From Eledone cirrhosa (taxonomy: Eukaryota), in contig OZ024748.1 in the NCBI GenBank assembly GCA_964016885.1, forward strand, positions 36,208,001-36,272,000: DNA of 64,000 nucleotides. Reading direction: 5' to 3'. The notes beneath the pieces were generated by a model. That model did no database searches, was not told where the DNA came from, and saw only the letters and a list, made by a program, of their open reading frames with translations. This document shows, in pieces, positions 39,621-53,120 of this stretch. The first letter of the stretch is position 1; the number at the start of each line of letters is the position of its first letter. The translations under genes and the position numbers were made by a program.

Positions 39621-42479
39621 GTTTGTCTTCTCTCGGTAAAATACACTGACATTGGTTGTCTTCTCTTGATTAAACACATTGACGTAGGTTGTCTTCTCTT
39701 GATAAAACACACTGACATTGGTTGTCTTCTGTCTTGATAAAACACACTGACATTGGTTGTCTTCTGTCTTGATAAAACACACAGACATTGGTTGTCTTCT
39801 GTCTTGATAAAACACACTGACTTTGGTTGTCTTCTCTTGATGAAACACACTGACATTGGTTGTCTTCTCTTGATAAAACACACTGACATTGGTTGTCTTC
39901 TCTTGATTAAACACATTGACGTAGGTTGTCTTCTCTTGATAAAACACACTGACATTGGTTGACTTCTGTCTTGATAAGACACATTGACGTAGGTTGTCTT
40001 CTTTTGATAAAACACACTGACATTGGTTGTCTTCTGTCTTGATAAAACACACAGACATTGGTTGTCTTCTGTCTTGATAAAACACACTGACATTGGTTGT
40101 CTTCTGTCTTGATAAGACACATTGACGTAGGTTGTCTTCTCTTGATAAAACACACTGACATTGGTTGTCTTCTGTCTTGATAAAACACACAGACATTGGT
40201 TGTCTTCTGTCTTGATAAAACACACTGACTTTGGTTGTCTTCTCTTGATGAAACACACTGACATTGGTTGTCTTCTCTTGATAAAACACACTGACATTGG
40301 TTGTCTTCTCTTGATTAAACACATTGACGTAGGTTGTCTTCTCTTGATAAAACACACTGACATTGGTTGTCTTCTCTTGATAAAACACACTGACATTGGT
40401 TGTCTTCTGTCTTGATAAAACACACTGACATTGGTTGTCTTCTGTCTTGATAAAACACACAGACATTGGTTGTGTTCTGTCTTGATAAAACACACTGACA
40501 TTGGTTGTCTTCTGTCTTGATAAAACACACTGACATTGGTTGTCTTCTCTTGATAAAACACACTGACATTGGTTGTCTTCTGTCTTGATAAAACACACTG
40601 ACATTGGTTGTCTTCTCTTGATAAAACACACAGACATTGGTTGTCTTCTGTCTCGATAAAACACACTGACATTGGTTGTCTTCTGTCTCGATAAAACACA
40701 CTGACATTGGTTGTCTTCTGTCTTGATAAAACACACTGACATTGGTTGTCTTCTCTTGATGAAACACACTGACATTGGTTGTCTTCTCTTGATAAAACAC
40801 ACAGACATTGGTTGTCTTCTCTTGATTAAACACATTAACGTAGGTTGTCTTCTGTCTTGATAAAACACACAGACATTGGTTGTCTTCTCTTGATAAAACA
40901 CACTGACATTGGTTGTCTTCTGTCTTGATAAAACACACTGACATTGGTTGTCTTCTCTTGATTAAACACATTGACGTAGGTTGTCTTCTCTTGATAAAAT
41001 ACACTGACATTGGTTGTCTTCTCTTGATAAAACACACAGACATTGGTTGTCTTCTGTCTTGATAAAACACACTGACATTGGTTGTCTTCTGTCTTGATAA
41101 AACACACTGACATTGGTTGTCTTCTCTTGATAAAACACACTGACATTGGTTGTCTTCTGTCTTGATAAAACACACAGACATTGGTTGTCTTCTGTCTTGA
41201 TAAAACACACTGACATTGGTTGTCTTCTGTCTTGATAAGACACATTGACGTAGGTTGTCTTCTCTTGATAAAACACACTGACATTGGTTGTCTTCTGTCT
41301 TGATAAAACACACAAACATTGGTTGTCTTCTGTCTTGATAAAACACAGTGACATTGGTTGTCTTCTCTTGATGAAACACACTGACATTGGTTGTCTTCTC
41401 TTGATAAAACACACTGACATTGGTTGTCTTCTCTTGATTAAACACATTGACGTAGGTTGTCTTCTCTTGATAAAACACACTGACATTGGTTGTCTTCTGT
41501 CTTGATAAAACACACTGACATTGGTTGTCTTCTGTCTTGATGAAACACACTGACATTGGTTGTCTTCTCTTGATAAAACACACTGACATTGGTTGTCTTC
41601 TGTCTTGATAAAACACACTGACATTGGTTGTCTTCTCTTGATTAAACACATTGACGTAGGTTGTCTTCTCTTGATAAAACACACTGACATTGGTTGTCTT
41701 CTCTTGATAAAACACACTGACATTGGTTGTCTTCTGTCTTGATAAAACACACTGACATTGGTTGTCTTCTGTCTTGATAAAACACACAGACATTGGTTGT
41801 CTTCTGTCTTGATAAAACACACTGACATTGGTTGTCTTCTGTCTTGATAAAACACACTGACATTGGTTGTCTTCTCTTGATAAAACACACTGACATTGGT
41901 TGTCTTCTGTCTTGATAAAACACACTGACATTGGTTGTCTTCTCTTGATAAAACACACAGACATTGGTTGTCTTCTGTCTCGATAAAACACACTGACATT
42001 GGTTGTCTTCTGTCTTGATAAAACACACTGACATTGGTTGTCTTCTCTTGATGAAACACACTGACATTGGTTGTCTTCTCTTGATAAAACACACAGACAT
42101 TGGTTGTCTTCTCTTGATTAAACACATTGACGTAGGTTGTCTTCTGTCTTGATAAAACACACAGACATTGGTTGTCTTCTCTTGATAAAACACACTGACA
42201 TTGGTTGTCTTCTGTCTTGATAAAACACACTGACATTGGTTGTCTTCTCTTGATTAAACACATTGACGTAGGTTGTCTTCTCTTGATAAAACACACTGAC
42301 ATTGGTTGTCTTCTCTTGATAAAACACACTGACATTGGTTGTCTTCTGTCTTGATAAAACACTGACATTGGTTGTCTTCTGTCTTGATAAAACACACAGA
42401 CATTGGTTGTCTTCTGTCTTGATAAAACACACTGACATTGGTTGTCTTCTGTCTTGATAAAACACACAGACATTGGTTG

Positions 42480-45400
42480 TCTTCTGTCTTGATAAAACAC
42501 ACTGACATTGGTTGTCTTCTGTCTTGATAAAACACACTGACATTGGTTGTCTTCTATCTTGATAAAACACACTGACATTGGTTGTCTTCTGTCTTGATAA
42601 AACACACTGACATTGGTTGTATTCTGTCTTGATAAAACACACTGACATTGGTTGTCTTCTGTCTTGATAAAACACACAGACATTGGTTGTCTTCTGTCTT
42701 GATAAAACACACTGACATTGGTTGTCTTCTGTCTTGATAAAACACACTGACATTGGTTGTCTTCTGTCTTGATAAAACACACTGACATTGGTTGTCTTCT
42801 GTCTTGATAAAACACACAGACATTGGTTGTCTTCTGTCTTAATAAAACACACAGACATTGGTTGTCTTCTGTCTTGATAAAACACACTGACATTGGTTGT
42901 CTTATGTCTTGATAAAACGCACTGACATTGGTTGTCTTCTCTTGATAAAACACACTGACATTGGTTGTCTTCTGTCTTGATAAAACACACTGACATTGGT
43001 TGTCTTCTGTCTTGATAAAACACACTGACATTGGTTGTCTTCTGTCTTGATAAAACACACTGACATTGGTTGTCTTCTGTCTTGATAAAACACACTGACA
43101 TTGGTTGTCTTCTGTCTTGATAAAACACACTGACATTGGTTGTCTTGTCTTGATAAAACACACTGACATTGGTTGTCTTCTGTCTTGATAAAACACTGAC
43201 ATTGGTTGTCTTCTGTCTTGATAAAACACACAGACATTGGTTGTCTTCTGTCTTGATAAAACACACTGACATTGGTTGTCTTCTGTCTTGATAAAACACA
43301 CAGACATTGGTTGTCTTCTGTCTTGATAAAACACACTGACATTGGTTGTCTTCTGTCTTGATAAAACACACTGACATTGGTTGTCTTCTATCTTGATAAA
43401 ACACACTGACATTGGTTGTCTTCTGTCTTGATAAAACACACTGACATTGGTTGTATTCTGTCTTGATAAAACACACTGACATTGGTTGTCTTCTGTCTTG
43501 ATAAAACACACAGACATTGGTTGTCTTCTGTCTTGATAAAACACACTGACATTGGTTGTCTTCTGTCTTGATAAAACACACTGACATTGGTTGTCTTCTG
43601 TCTTGATAAAACACACTGACATTGGTTGTCTTCTGTCTTGATAAAACACACAGACATTGGTTGTCTTCTGTCTTGATAAAACACACAGACATTGGTTGTC
43701 TTCTGTCTTGATAAAACACACTGACATTGGTTGTCTTCTGTCTTGATAAAAGACACAGATATTGGTTGTCTACTCTTGATAAAACACACTGACATTGGTT
43801 GTCTTCTGTCTTGATAAAACACACTGACATTGGTTGTCTTCTGTATTGATAAAACACACTGACACTGGTTGTCTTCTGTCTTGATAAAACACACTGACAT
43901 TGGTTGTCTTCTGTCTTGATAAAACACACTGACATTGGTTGTCTTCTGTCTTGATAAAACACACTGACATTGGCTGTCTTCTGTCTTGATAAAACACACT
44001 GACATTGGTTGTCTTCTGTCTTGATAAAACACACAGACATTGGTTGTCTTCTGTCTTGATAAAACACACTGACATTGGTTGTCTTCTGTCTTGATAAAAC
44101 ACACTGACATTGGTTGTCTTCTGTCTTGATAAAACACACAGACATTGGCTGTCTTCTGTCTTGATAAAACACACAGACATTGGTTGTCTTCTGTCTTGAT
44201 AAAACACACAGACATTGGTTGTCTTCTGTCTTGATAAAACACACTGACATTGGTTGTCTTCTGTCTTGATAAAACACACTGACATTGGTTGTCTTCTGTC
44301 TTGATAAAACACACTGACATTGGTTGTCTTCTGTCTTGATAAAACACACAGACATTGGCTGTCTTCTGTCTTGATAAAACACACAGACATTGGTTGTCTT
44401 CTGTCTTGATAAAACACACTGACATTGGTTGTCTTATGTCTTGATAAAACACACTAACATTGGTTGTCTTCTCTTGATAAAACACACATACATTGGTTGT
44501 CTTCTGTCTCGATAAAACACACAGACATTGGTTGTCTTCTGTCTTGATAAAACACACTGACATTGGTTGTCTTCTCTTGATAAAACACACTGACATTGGT
44601 TGTCTTCTGTCTTGATAAAACACACTGACATTGGTTGTCTTCTGTCTTGATAAAACACACAGACATTGGTTGTCTTCTGTCTTGATAAAACACACTGACA
44701 TTGGTTGTCTTCTGTCTTGATAAAACACACTGACATTGGTTGTCTTCTCTTGATAAAACACACTGACATTGGTTGTCTTCTGTCTTGATAAAACACACTG
44801 ACATTGGTTGTCTTTTCTTCATAAAACACACAGACTTTGGTTGTCTTCTGTCTCGATAAAACACACTAACATTGGTTGTCTTCTGTCTTGATAAAACACA
44901 CTGACATTGGTTGTCTTCTCTTGATGAAACACACTGACATTGGTTGTCTTCTCCTGATAAAACACACAGACATTGGTTGTCTTCTCTTGATTAAACACAT
45001 TGACGTAGGTTGTCTTCTGTCTTGATAAAACACACAGACATTGGTTGTCTTCTCTTGATAAAACACACTGACATTGGTTGTCTTCTCTTGATAAAACACA
45101 CTGACATTGGTTGTCTTCTCTTGATTAAACACATTGACGTAGGTTGTCTTCTCTTGATAAAACACACTGACATTGGTTGTCTTCTCTTGATAAAACACAC
45201 TGACATTGGTTGTCTTCTGTCTTGATAAAACACACTGACATTGGTTGTCTTCTCTTGATTAAACACATTGACGTAGGTTGTCTTCTCTTGATAAAACACA
45301 CTGACATTGGTTGTCTTCTCTTGATAAAACACACTGACATTGGTTGTCTTCTGTCTTGATAAAACACTGACATTGGTTGTCTTCTGTCTTGATAAAACAC

Positions 45401-48190
45401 ACAGACATTGGTTGTCTTCTGTCTTGATAAAACACACTGACATTGGTTGTCTTCTGTCTTGATAAAACACACTGACATTGGTTGTCTTCTGTCTTGATAA
45501 AACACACTGACATTGGTTGTCTTCTATCTTGATAAAACACACTGACATTGGTTGTCTTCTGTCTTGATAAAACACACTGACATTGGTTGTATTCTGTCTT
45601 GATAAAACACACTGACATTGGTTGTCTTCTGTCTTGATAAAACACACAGACATTGGTTGTCTTCTGTCTTGATAAAACACACTGACATTGGTTGTCTTCT
45701 GTCTTGATAAAACACACTGACATTGGTTGTCTTCTGTCTTGATAAAACACACTGACATTGGTTGTCTTCTGTCTTGATAAAACACACAGACATTGGTTGT
45801 CTTCTGTCTTAATAAAACACACAGACATTGGTTGTCTTCTGTCTTGATAAAACACACTGACATTGGTTGTCTTATGTCTTGATAAAACGCACTGACATTG
45901 GTTGTCTTCTCTTGATAAAACACACTGACATTGGTTGTCTTCTGTCTTGATAAAACACACTGACATTGGTTGTCTTCTGTCTTGATAAAACACACTGACA
46001 TTGGTTGTCTTCTGTCTTGATAAAACACACTGACATTGGTTGTCTTCTGTCTTGATAAAACACACTGACATTGGTTGTCTTCTGTCTTGATAAAACACAC
46101 TGACATTGGTTGTCTTGTCTTGATAAAACACACTGACATTGGTTGTCTTCTGTCTTGATAAAACACTGACATTGGTTGTCTTCTGTCTTGATAAAACACA
46201 CAGACATTGGTTGTCTTCTGTCTTGATAAAACACACTGACATTGGTTGTCTTCTGTCTTGATAAAACACACAGACATTGGTTGTCTTCTGTCTTGATAAA
46301 ACACACTGACATTGGTTGTCTTCTGTCTTGATAAAACACACTGACATTGGTTGTCTTCTATCTTGATAAAACACACTGACATTGGTTGTCTTCTGTCTTG
46401 ATAAAACACACTGACATTGGTTGTATTCTGTCTTGATAAAACACACTGACATTGGTTGTCTTCTGTCTTGATAAAACACACAGACATTGGTTGTCTTCTG
46501 TCTTGATAAAACACACTGACATTGGTTGTCTTCTGTCTTGATAAAACACACTGACATTGGTTGTCTTCTGTCTTGATAAAACACACTGACATTGGTTGTC
46601 TTCTGTCTTGATAAAACACACAGACATTGGTTGTCTTCTGTCTTGATAAAACACACAGACATTGGTTGTCTTCTGTCTTGATAAAACACACTGACATTGG
46701 TTGTCTTCTGTCTTGATAAAAGACACAGATATTGGTTGTCTTCTCTTGATAAAACACACTGACATTGGTTGTCTTCTGTCTTGATAAAACACACTGACAT
46801 TGGTTGTCTTCTGTATTGATAAAACACACTGACACTGGTTGTCTTCTGTCTTGATAAAACACACTGACATTGGTTGTCTTCTGTCTTGATAAAACACACT
46901 GACATTGGTTGTCTTCTGTCTTGATAAAACACACTGACATTGGCTGTCTTCTGTCTTGATAAAACACACTGACATTGGTTGTCTTCTGTCTTGATAAAAC
47001 ACACAGACATTGGTTGTCTTCTGTCTTGATAAAACACACTGACATTGGTTGTCTTCTGTCTTGATAAAACACACTGACATTGGTTGTCTTCTGTCTTGAT
47101 AAAACACACAGACATTGGCTGTCTTCTGTCTTGATAAAACACACAGACATTGGTTGTCTTCTGTCTTGATAAAACACACAGACATTGGTTGTCTTCTGTC
47201 TTGATAAAACACACTGACATTGGTTGTCTTCTGTCTTGATAAAACACACTGACATTGGTTGTCTTCTGTCTTGATAAAACACACTGACATTGGTTGTCTT
47301 CTGTCTTGATAAAACACACAGACATTGGCTGTCTTCTGTCTTGATAAAACACACAGACATTGGTTGTCTTCTGTCTTGATAAAACACACTGACATTGGTT
47401 GTCTTATGTCTTGATAAAACACACTAACATTGGTTGTCTTCTCTTGATAAAACACACATACATTGGTTGTCTTCTGTCTCGATAAAACACAGAGACATTG
47501 GTTGTCTTCTGTCTTGATAAAACACACTGACATTGGTTGTCTTCTCTTGATAAAACACACTGACATTGGTTGTCTTCTGTCTTGATAAAACACACTGACA
47601 TTGGTTGTCTTCTGTCTTGATAAAACACACAGACATTGGTTGTCTTCTGTCTTGATAAAACACACTGACATTGGTTGTCTTCTGTCTTGATAAAACACAC
47701 TGACATTGGTTGTCTTCTCTTGATAAAACACACTGACATTGGTTGTCTTCTGTCTTGATAAAACACACTGACATTGGTTGTCTTTTCTTGATAAAACACA
47801 CAGACTTTGGTTGTCTTCTGTCTCGATAAAACACACTAACAATGGTTGTCTTCTGTCTTGATAAAACACACTGACATTGGTTGTCTTCTCTTGATGAAAC
47901 ACACTGACATTGGTTGTCTTCTCCTGATAAAACACACAGACATTGGTTGTCTTCTCTTGATTAAACACATTGACGTAGGTTGTCTTCTGTCTTGATAAAA
48001 CACACAGACATTGGTTGTCTTCTCTTGATAAAACACACTGACATTGGTTGTCTTCTCTTGATAAAACACACTGACATTGGTTGTCTTCTCTTGATTAAAC
48101 ACATTGACGTAGGTTGTCTTCTCTTGATAAAACACACTGACATTGGTTGTCTTCTCTTGATAAAACACACTGACATTGGTTGTCTTCTGT
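42480..48190. repeat. Tandem duplication, period 2970 bp
   Basis: Private marker AAACGCAC at ~42915/45885. ORF pairs 42554/45524, 42902/45872, 44434/47404 and 45010/47980. Confidence 0.9.
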
Positions 48191-51100
48191 CTTGATAAAA
48201 CACTGACATTGGTTGTCTTCTGTCTTGATAAAACACACAGACATTGGTTGTCTTCTGTCTTGATAAAACACACTGACATTGGTTGTCTTCTGTCTTGATA
48301 AAACACACAGACATTGGTTGTCTTCTGTCTTGATAAAACACACTGACATTGGTTGTCTTCTGTCTTGAGAAAACACACTGACATTGGTTGTCTTCTATCT
48401 TGATAAAACACACTGACATTGGTTGTCTTCTGTCTTGATAAAACACACTGACATTTGTTGTCTTCTGTCTTGATAAAACACACTGACATTGGTTGTCTTC
48501 TGTCTTAATAAAACACACAGACATTGGTTGTCTTCTGTCTTGATAAAACACACTGACATTGGTTGTCTTCTGTCTTGATAAAACACACAGACATTGGTTG
48601 TCTTCTCTTGATAAAACACATTGACATTGGTTGTCTTCTGTCTTGATAAAACACACTGACATTGGTTGTCTTCTCTTGATAAAACACACTGACATTGGTT
48701 GTCTTCTGTCTTGATAAAACACACAGACATTGGTTGTCTTCTGTCTTTATAAAACACACTGACATTGGTTGTCTTCTGTCTTTATAAAACACACTGACAT
48801 TGGTTGTCTTCTCTTAATGAAACACACTGACATTGGTTGTCTTCTCTTGATAAAACACACTGACATTGGTTGTCTTCTCTTGATTAAACACATTGACGTA
48901 GGTTGTTTTCTCTTGATAAAACACACTGACATTGGTTGTCTTCTCTTGATAAAACATACTGACATTGGTTGTCTTCTGTCTTGATTAAACACACAGACAT
49001 TGGTTGTCTTCTGTCTTGACAAAACACACTGACATTGGTTGTCTTCTGTCTTGATAAAACACACTTACATTGGTTGTCTTCTCTTGATAAAACACACAGG
49101 CATTGTTTGTCCTCTCTTGATAAAACACACTGACATTGGTTGTCTTCTCTTGATTAAACACATTGACGTAGGTTGTCTTCCCTTGATAAAACACATTGAC
49201 ATTGGTTGTCTTCTGTCTTGATAAAACACACTGACATTGGTTGTCTTCTGTCTTGATAAAACACAGACATTGGTTGTCTTCTCTTGATAAAACACACTGA
49301 CATTGGTTGTCTTCTCTTGATAAAACACACTGACATTGGTTGTCTTCTCTTGATAAAACACACGGACATTGGTTGTCTTCTGTCTTGATAAAACACACTG
49401 ACATTGGTTGTCTTCTCTTGATAAAACACACTGACATTGGTTGTCTTCTGTCTTGATAAAACACACTGACATTGGTTGTCTTCTGTCTTGATAAAACACA
49501 CTGACCTTGGTTGTATTCTGTCTTGATAAAACACACTGACATTGGCTGTCTTCTCTTGATAAAATACACTGACATTGGTTGTCTTCTCTTGATAAAACAC
49601 TGACATTGGTTGTCTTCTGTCTTGATAAAACACACTGACATTGGTTGTCTTCTCTTGATAAATCACACTGACATTGGTTGTCTTCTGTCTTGATAAAACA
49701 CACTGACATTGGTTGTCTTCTCTTGTTAAAACACAGACATTGGTTGTCTTCTCTTGATAAAACACACTGACATTGGTTGTCTTCTCTTGATAAAACACAC
49801 TGACATTGGTTGTCTTCTGTCTTGATAAAACACACTGACATTGGTTGTCTTCTCTTGATAAAACACACTGACATTGGTTGTCTTCTGTCTTGATAAAACA
49901 CACAGACATTGGTTGTCTTCTGTCTTGATAAAACACACTGACATTGGTTGTCTTCTGTCTTGATAAAACACACTGACATTGGTTGTCTTCTCTTAATGAA
50001 ACACACTGACATTGGTTGTCTTCTCTTGATAAAACACACTGACATTGGTTGTCTTCTCTTGATTAAACACATTGACGTAGGTTGTTTTCTCTTGATAAAA
50101 CACACTGACATTGGTTGTCTTCTCTTGATAAAACACACTGACATTGGTTGTCTTCTGTCTTGATAAAACACACTGACATTGGTTGTCTTCTGTCTTGATT
50201 AAACACACAGACATTGGTTGTCTTCTGTCTTGATAAAACACACTGACATTGGTTGTCTTCTGTCTTGATAAAACACACTTACATTGGTTGTCTTCTCTTG
50301 ATAAAACACACTGACATTGGTTGTCTTCTCTCTTGATAAAACACACTGACATTGGGTGTCTTCTGTCTTGATAAAACACACTGACATTGGTTGTCTTCTC
50401 TTGATGAAACACACTGACATTGGTTGTCTTCTCTTGATAAAACACACTGACATTGGTTGTCTTCTCTTGATTAAACACATTGACGTAGGTTGTCTTCTGT
50501 CTTGATAAAACACACTGACTTTCGTTGTCTTTTGTCTTGATAAAACACACTGACATTGGTTGTCTTCTGTCTTGATAAAAGACACAGATATTGGTTGTCT
50601 TCTCTTGATAAAACACACTGACATTGGTTGTCTTCTATCTTGATAAAACACACTGATATTGGTTGTCTTCTCTTGATAAAACACACTGACATTGGTTGTC
50701 TTCTGTCTTGATAAAACACACTGACATTGGTTGTCTTCTCTTGATAAAACACACTGACATTGGTTGTCTTCTCTTGATTAAACACATTGACGTAGGTTGT
50801 CTTCTCTTGATAAAACACATTGACATTGGTTGTCTTCTGTCTTGATAAAACACTCTGACATTGGTTGTCTTCTGTCTTGATAAAACACAGACATTAGTTG
50901 TCTTCTCTTGATAAAACACACTGACATTGGTTGTCTTCTCTTGATAAAACACACTGACATTGGTTGTCTTCTCTTGATAAAACACACGGACATCGGTTGT
51001 CTTCTGTCTTGATAAAACACACTGACATTGGTTGTCTTCTCTTGATAAAACACACTGACATTGGTTGTCTTCTGTCTTGATGAAACACACTGACATTGGC

Positions 51101-51789
51101 TGTCTTCTCTTGATAAAATACACTGACATTGGTTGTCTTCTCTTGATAAAACACTGACATTGGTTGTCTTCTGTCTTGATAAAACACACTGACATTGGTT
51201 GTCTTCTCTTGATAAATAACACTGACATTGGTTGTCTTCTGTCTTGATAAAACACACTGACATTGGTTGTCTTCTCTTGTTAAAACACACTGACATTGGT
51301 TGTCTTCTCTTGATAAAACACACTGACATTGGTTGTCTTCTCTTGATAAAACATACTGGCATTGGTTGTCTTCTCTTGATAAAACACACTGACATTGGTT
51401 GTTTTCTGTCTTGATAAAACACACTGACATTGGTTGTCTTCTGTCTTGATAAAACACACTGACATTGGTTGTCTTCTCTTGTTAAAACACACTGACATTG
51501 GTTGTCTTCTCTTGATAAAACACACTGACATTGGTTGTCTTCTCTTGATAAAACACACTGGCATTGGTTGTGTTCTCTTGATAAAACACACTGACATTGG
51601 TTGTCTTCTGTCTTGATTAAACACACAGACATTGGTTGTCTTCTGTCTTGATAAAACACACTGACATTGGTTGTCTTCTGTCTTGATAAAACACACTTAC
51701 ATTGGTTGTCTTCTCTTGATAAAACACACAGACATTGGTTGTCTTCTGTCTCGATAAAACACACTGACATTGGTTGTCTTCTGTCTTGA

Positions 51790-53120
51790 TAAAACACACT
51801 GACATTGGTTGTCTCCTCTTGATGAAACACACTGACATTGTTCGTCTTCTCTTGATAAAACACACAGACATTGGTTGTCTTCTCTTGATAAAACACACTG
51901 ACATTGGTTGTCTTCTGTCTTGATAAAACACAGACATTGGTTGTCTTCTGTTGATTAAACACATTGACGTAGGTTGTCTTCTCTTGATAAAACACACTGA
52001 CATTGGTTGTCTTCTCTTGATAAAACACACTGACATTGGTTGTCTTCTGTCTTGATAAAACACTGACATTGGTTGTCTTGTGTCTTGATAAAACACACAG
52101 ACATTGGTTGTCTTCTGTCTTGATAAAACACACTGACATTGGTTGTCTTCTGTCTTGATAAAACACACTTACATTGGTTGTCTTCTCTTGATAAATCACA
52201 CTGATATTGGTTGTCTTCTGTCTTGATAAAACACACTGACATTGGTTGTCTTCTCTTGTTAAAACACACTGATATTGGTTGTCTTCTCTTGATGAAACAC
52301 ACTGACATTGGTTGTCTTCTCTTGATAAAACACACTGACATTGGTTGTCCTCTCTTGATAAAACACACTGATATTGGTTCTCTTCTCTTGATAAAACACA
52401 CTGACATTGGTTGTCTTCTCTTGATAAAACACACTGACATTGGTTGTCTTCTGTCTTGATAAAACACATTGACATTGGTTGTCTTCTCTTGATAAAACAC
52501 ACTGACATTGGTGGTCTTCTCTTGATAAAACACACTGACATTGGTTGTCTTCTGTCTTGATAAAACACACTGACATTGGTTGTCTCCTCTTGATGAAACA
52601 CACTGACATTGTTCGTCTTCTCTTGATAAAACACACAGACATTGGTTGTGTTCTCTTGATAAAACACACTGACATTGGTTGTCTTCTGTCTTGATAAAAC
52701 ACACTGACATTGGTTGTCTTCTGTTGATTAAACACATTGACGTAGGTTGTCTTCTCTTGATAAAACACACTGACATTGGTTGTCTTCTCTTGATAAAACA
52801 CACTGACATTGGTTGTCTTCTGTCTTGATAAAACACTGACATTGGTTGTCTTGTGTCTTGATAAAACACACAGACATTGGTTGTCTTCTGTCTTGATAAA
52901 ACACACTGACATTGGTTGTCTTCTGTCTTGATAAAACACACTTACATTGGTTGTCTTCTCTTGATAAATCACACTGATATTGGTTGTCTTCTGTCTTGAT
53001 AAAACACACTGACATTGGTTGTCTTCTCTTGTTAAAACACACTGATATTGGTTGTCTTCTCTTGATGAAACACACTGACATTGGTTGTCTTCTCTTGATA
53101 AAACACACTGACATTGGTTG
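51790..53120. repeat. Tandem duplication, period ~773 bp
   Basis: Markers CTGTTGATTAA 51948/52721 and CTTGTGTC 52078/52851. The GTCTCCTC…TTGTTCGTC pair occurs near 51811 and 52582. Confidence 0.8.
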
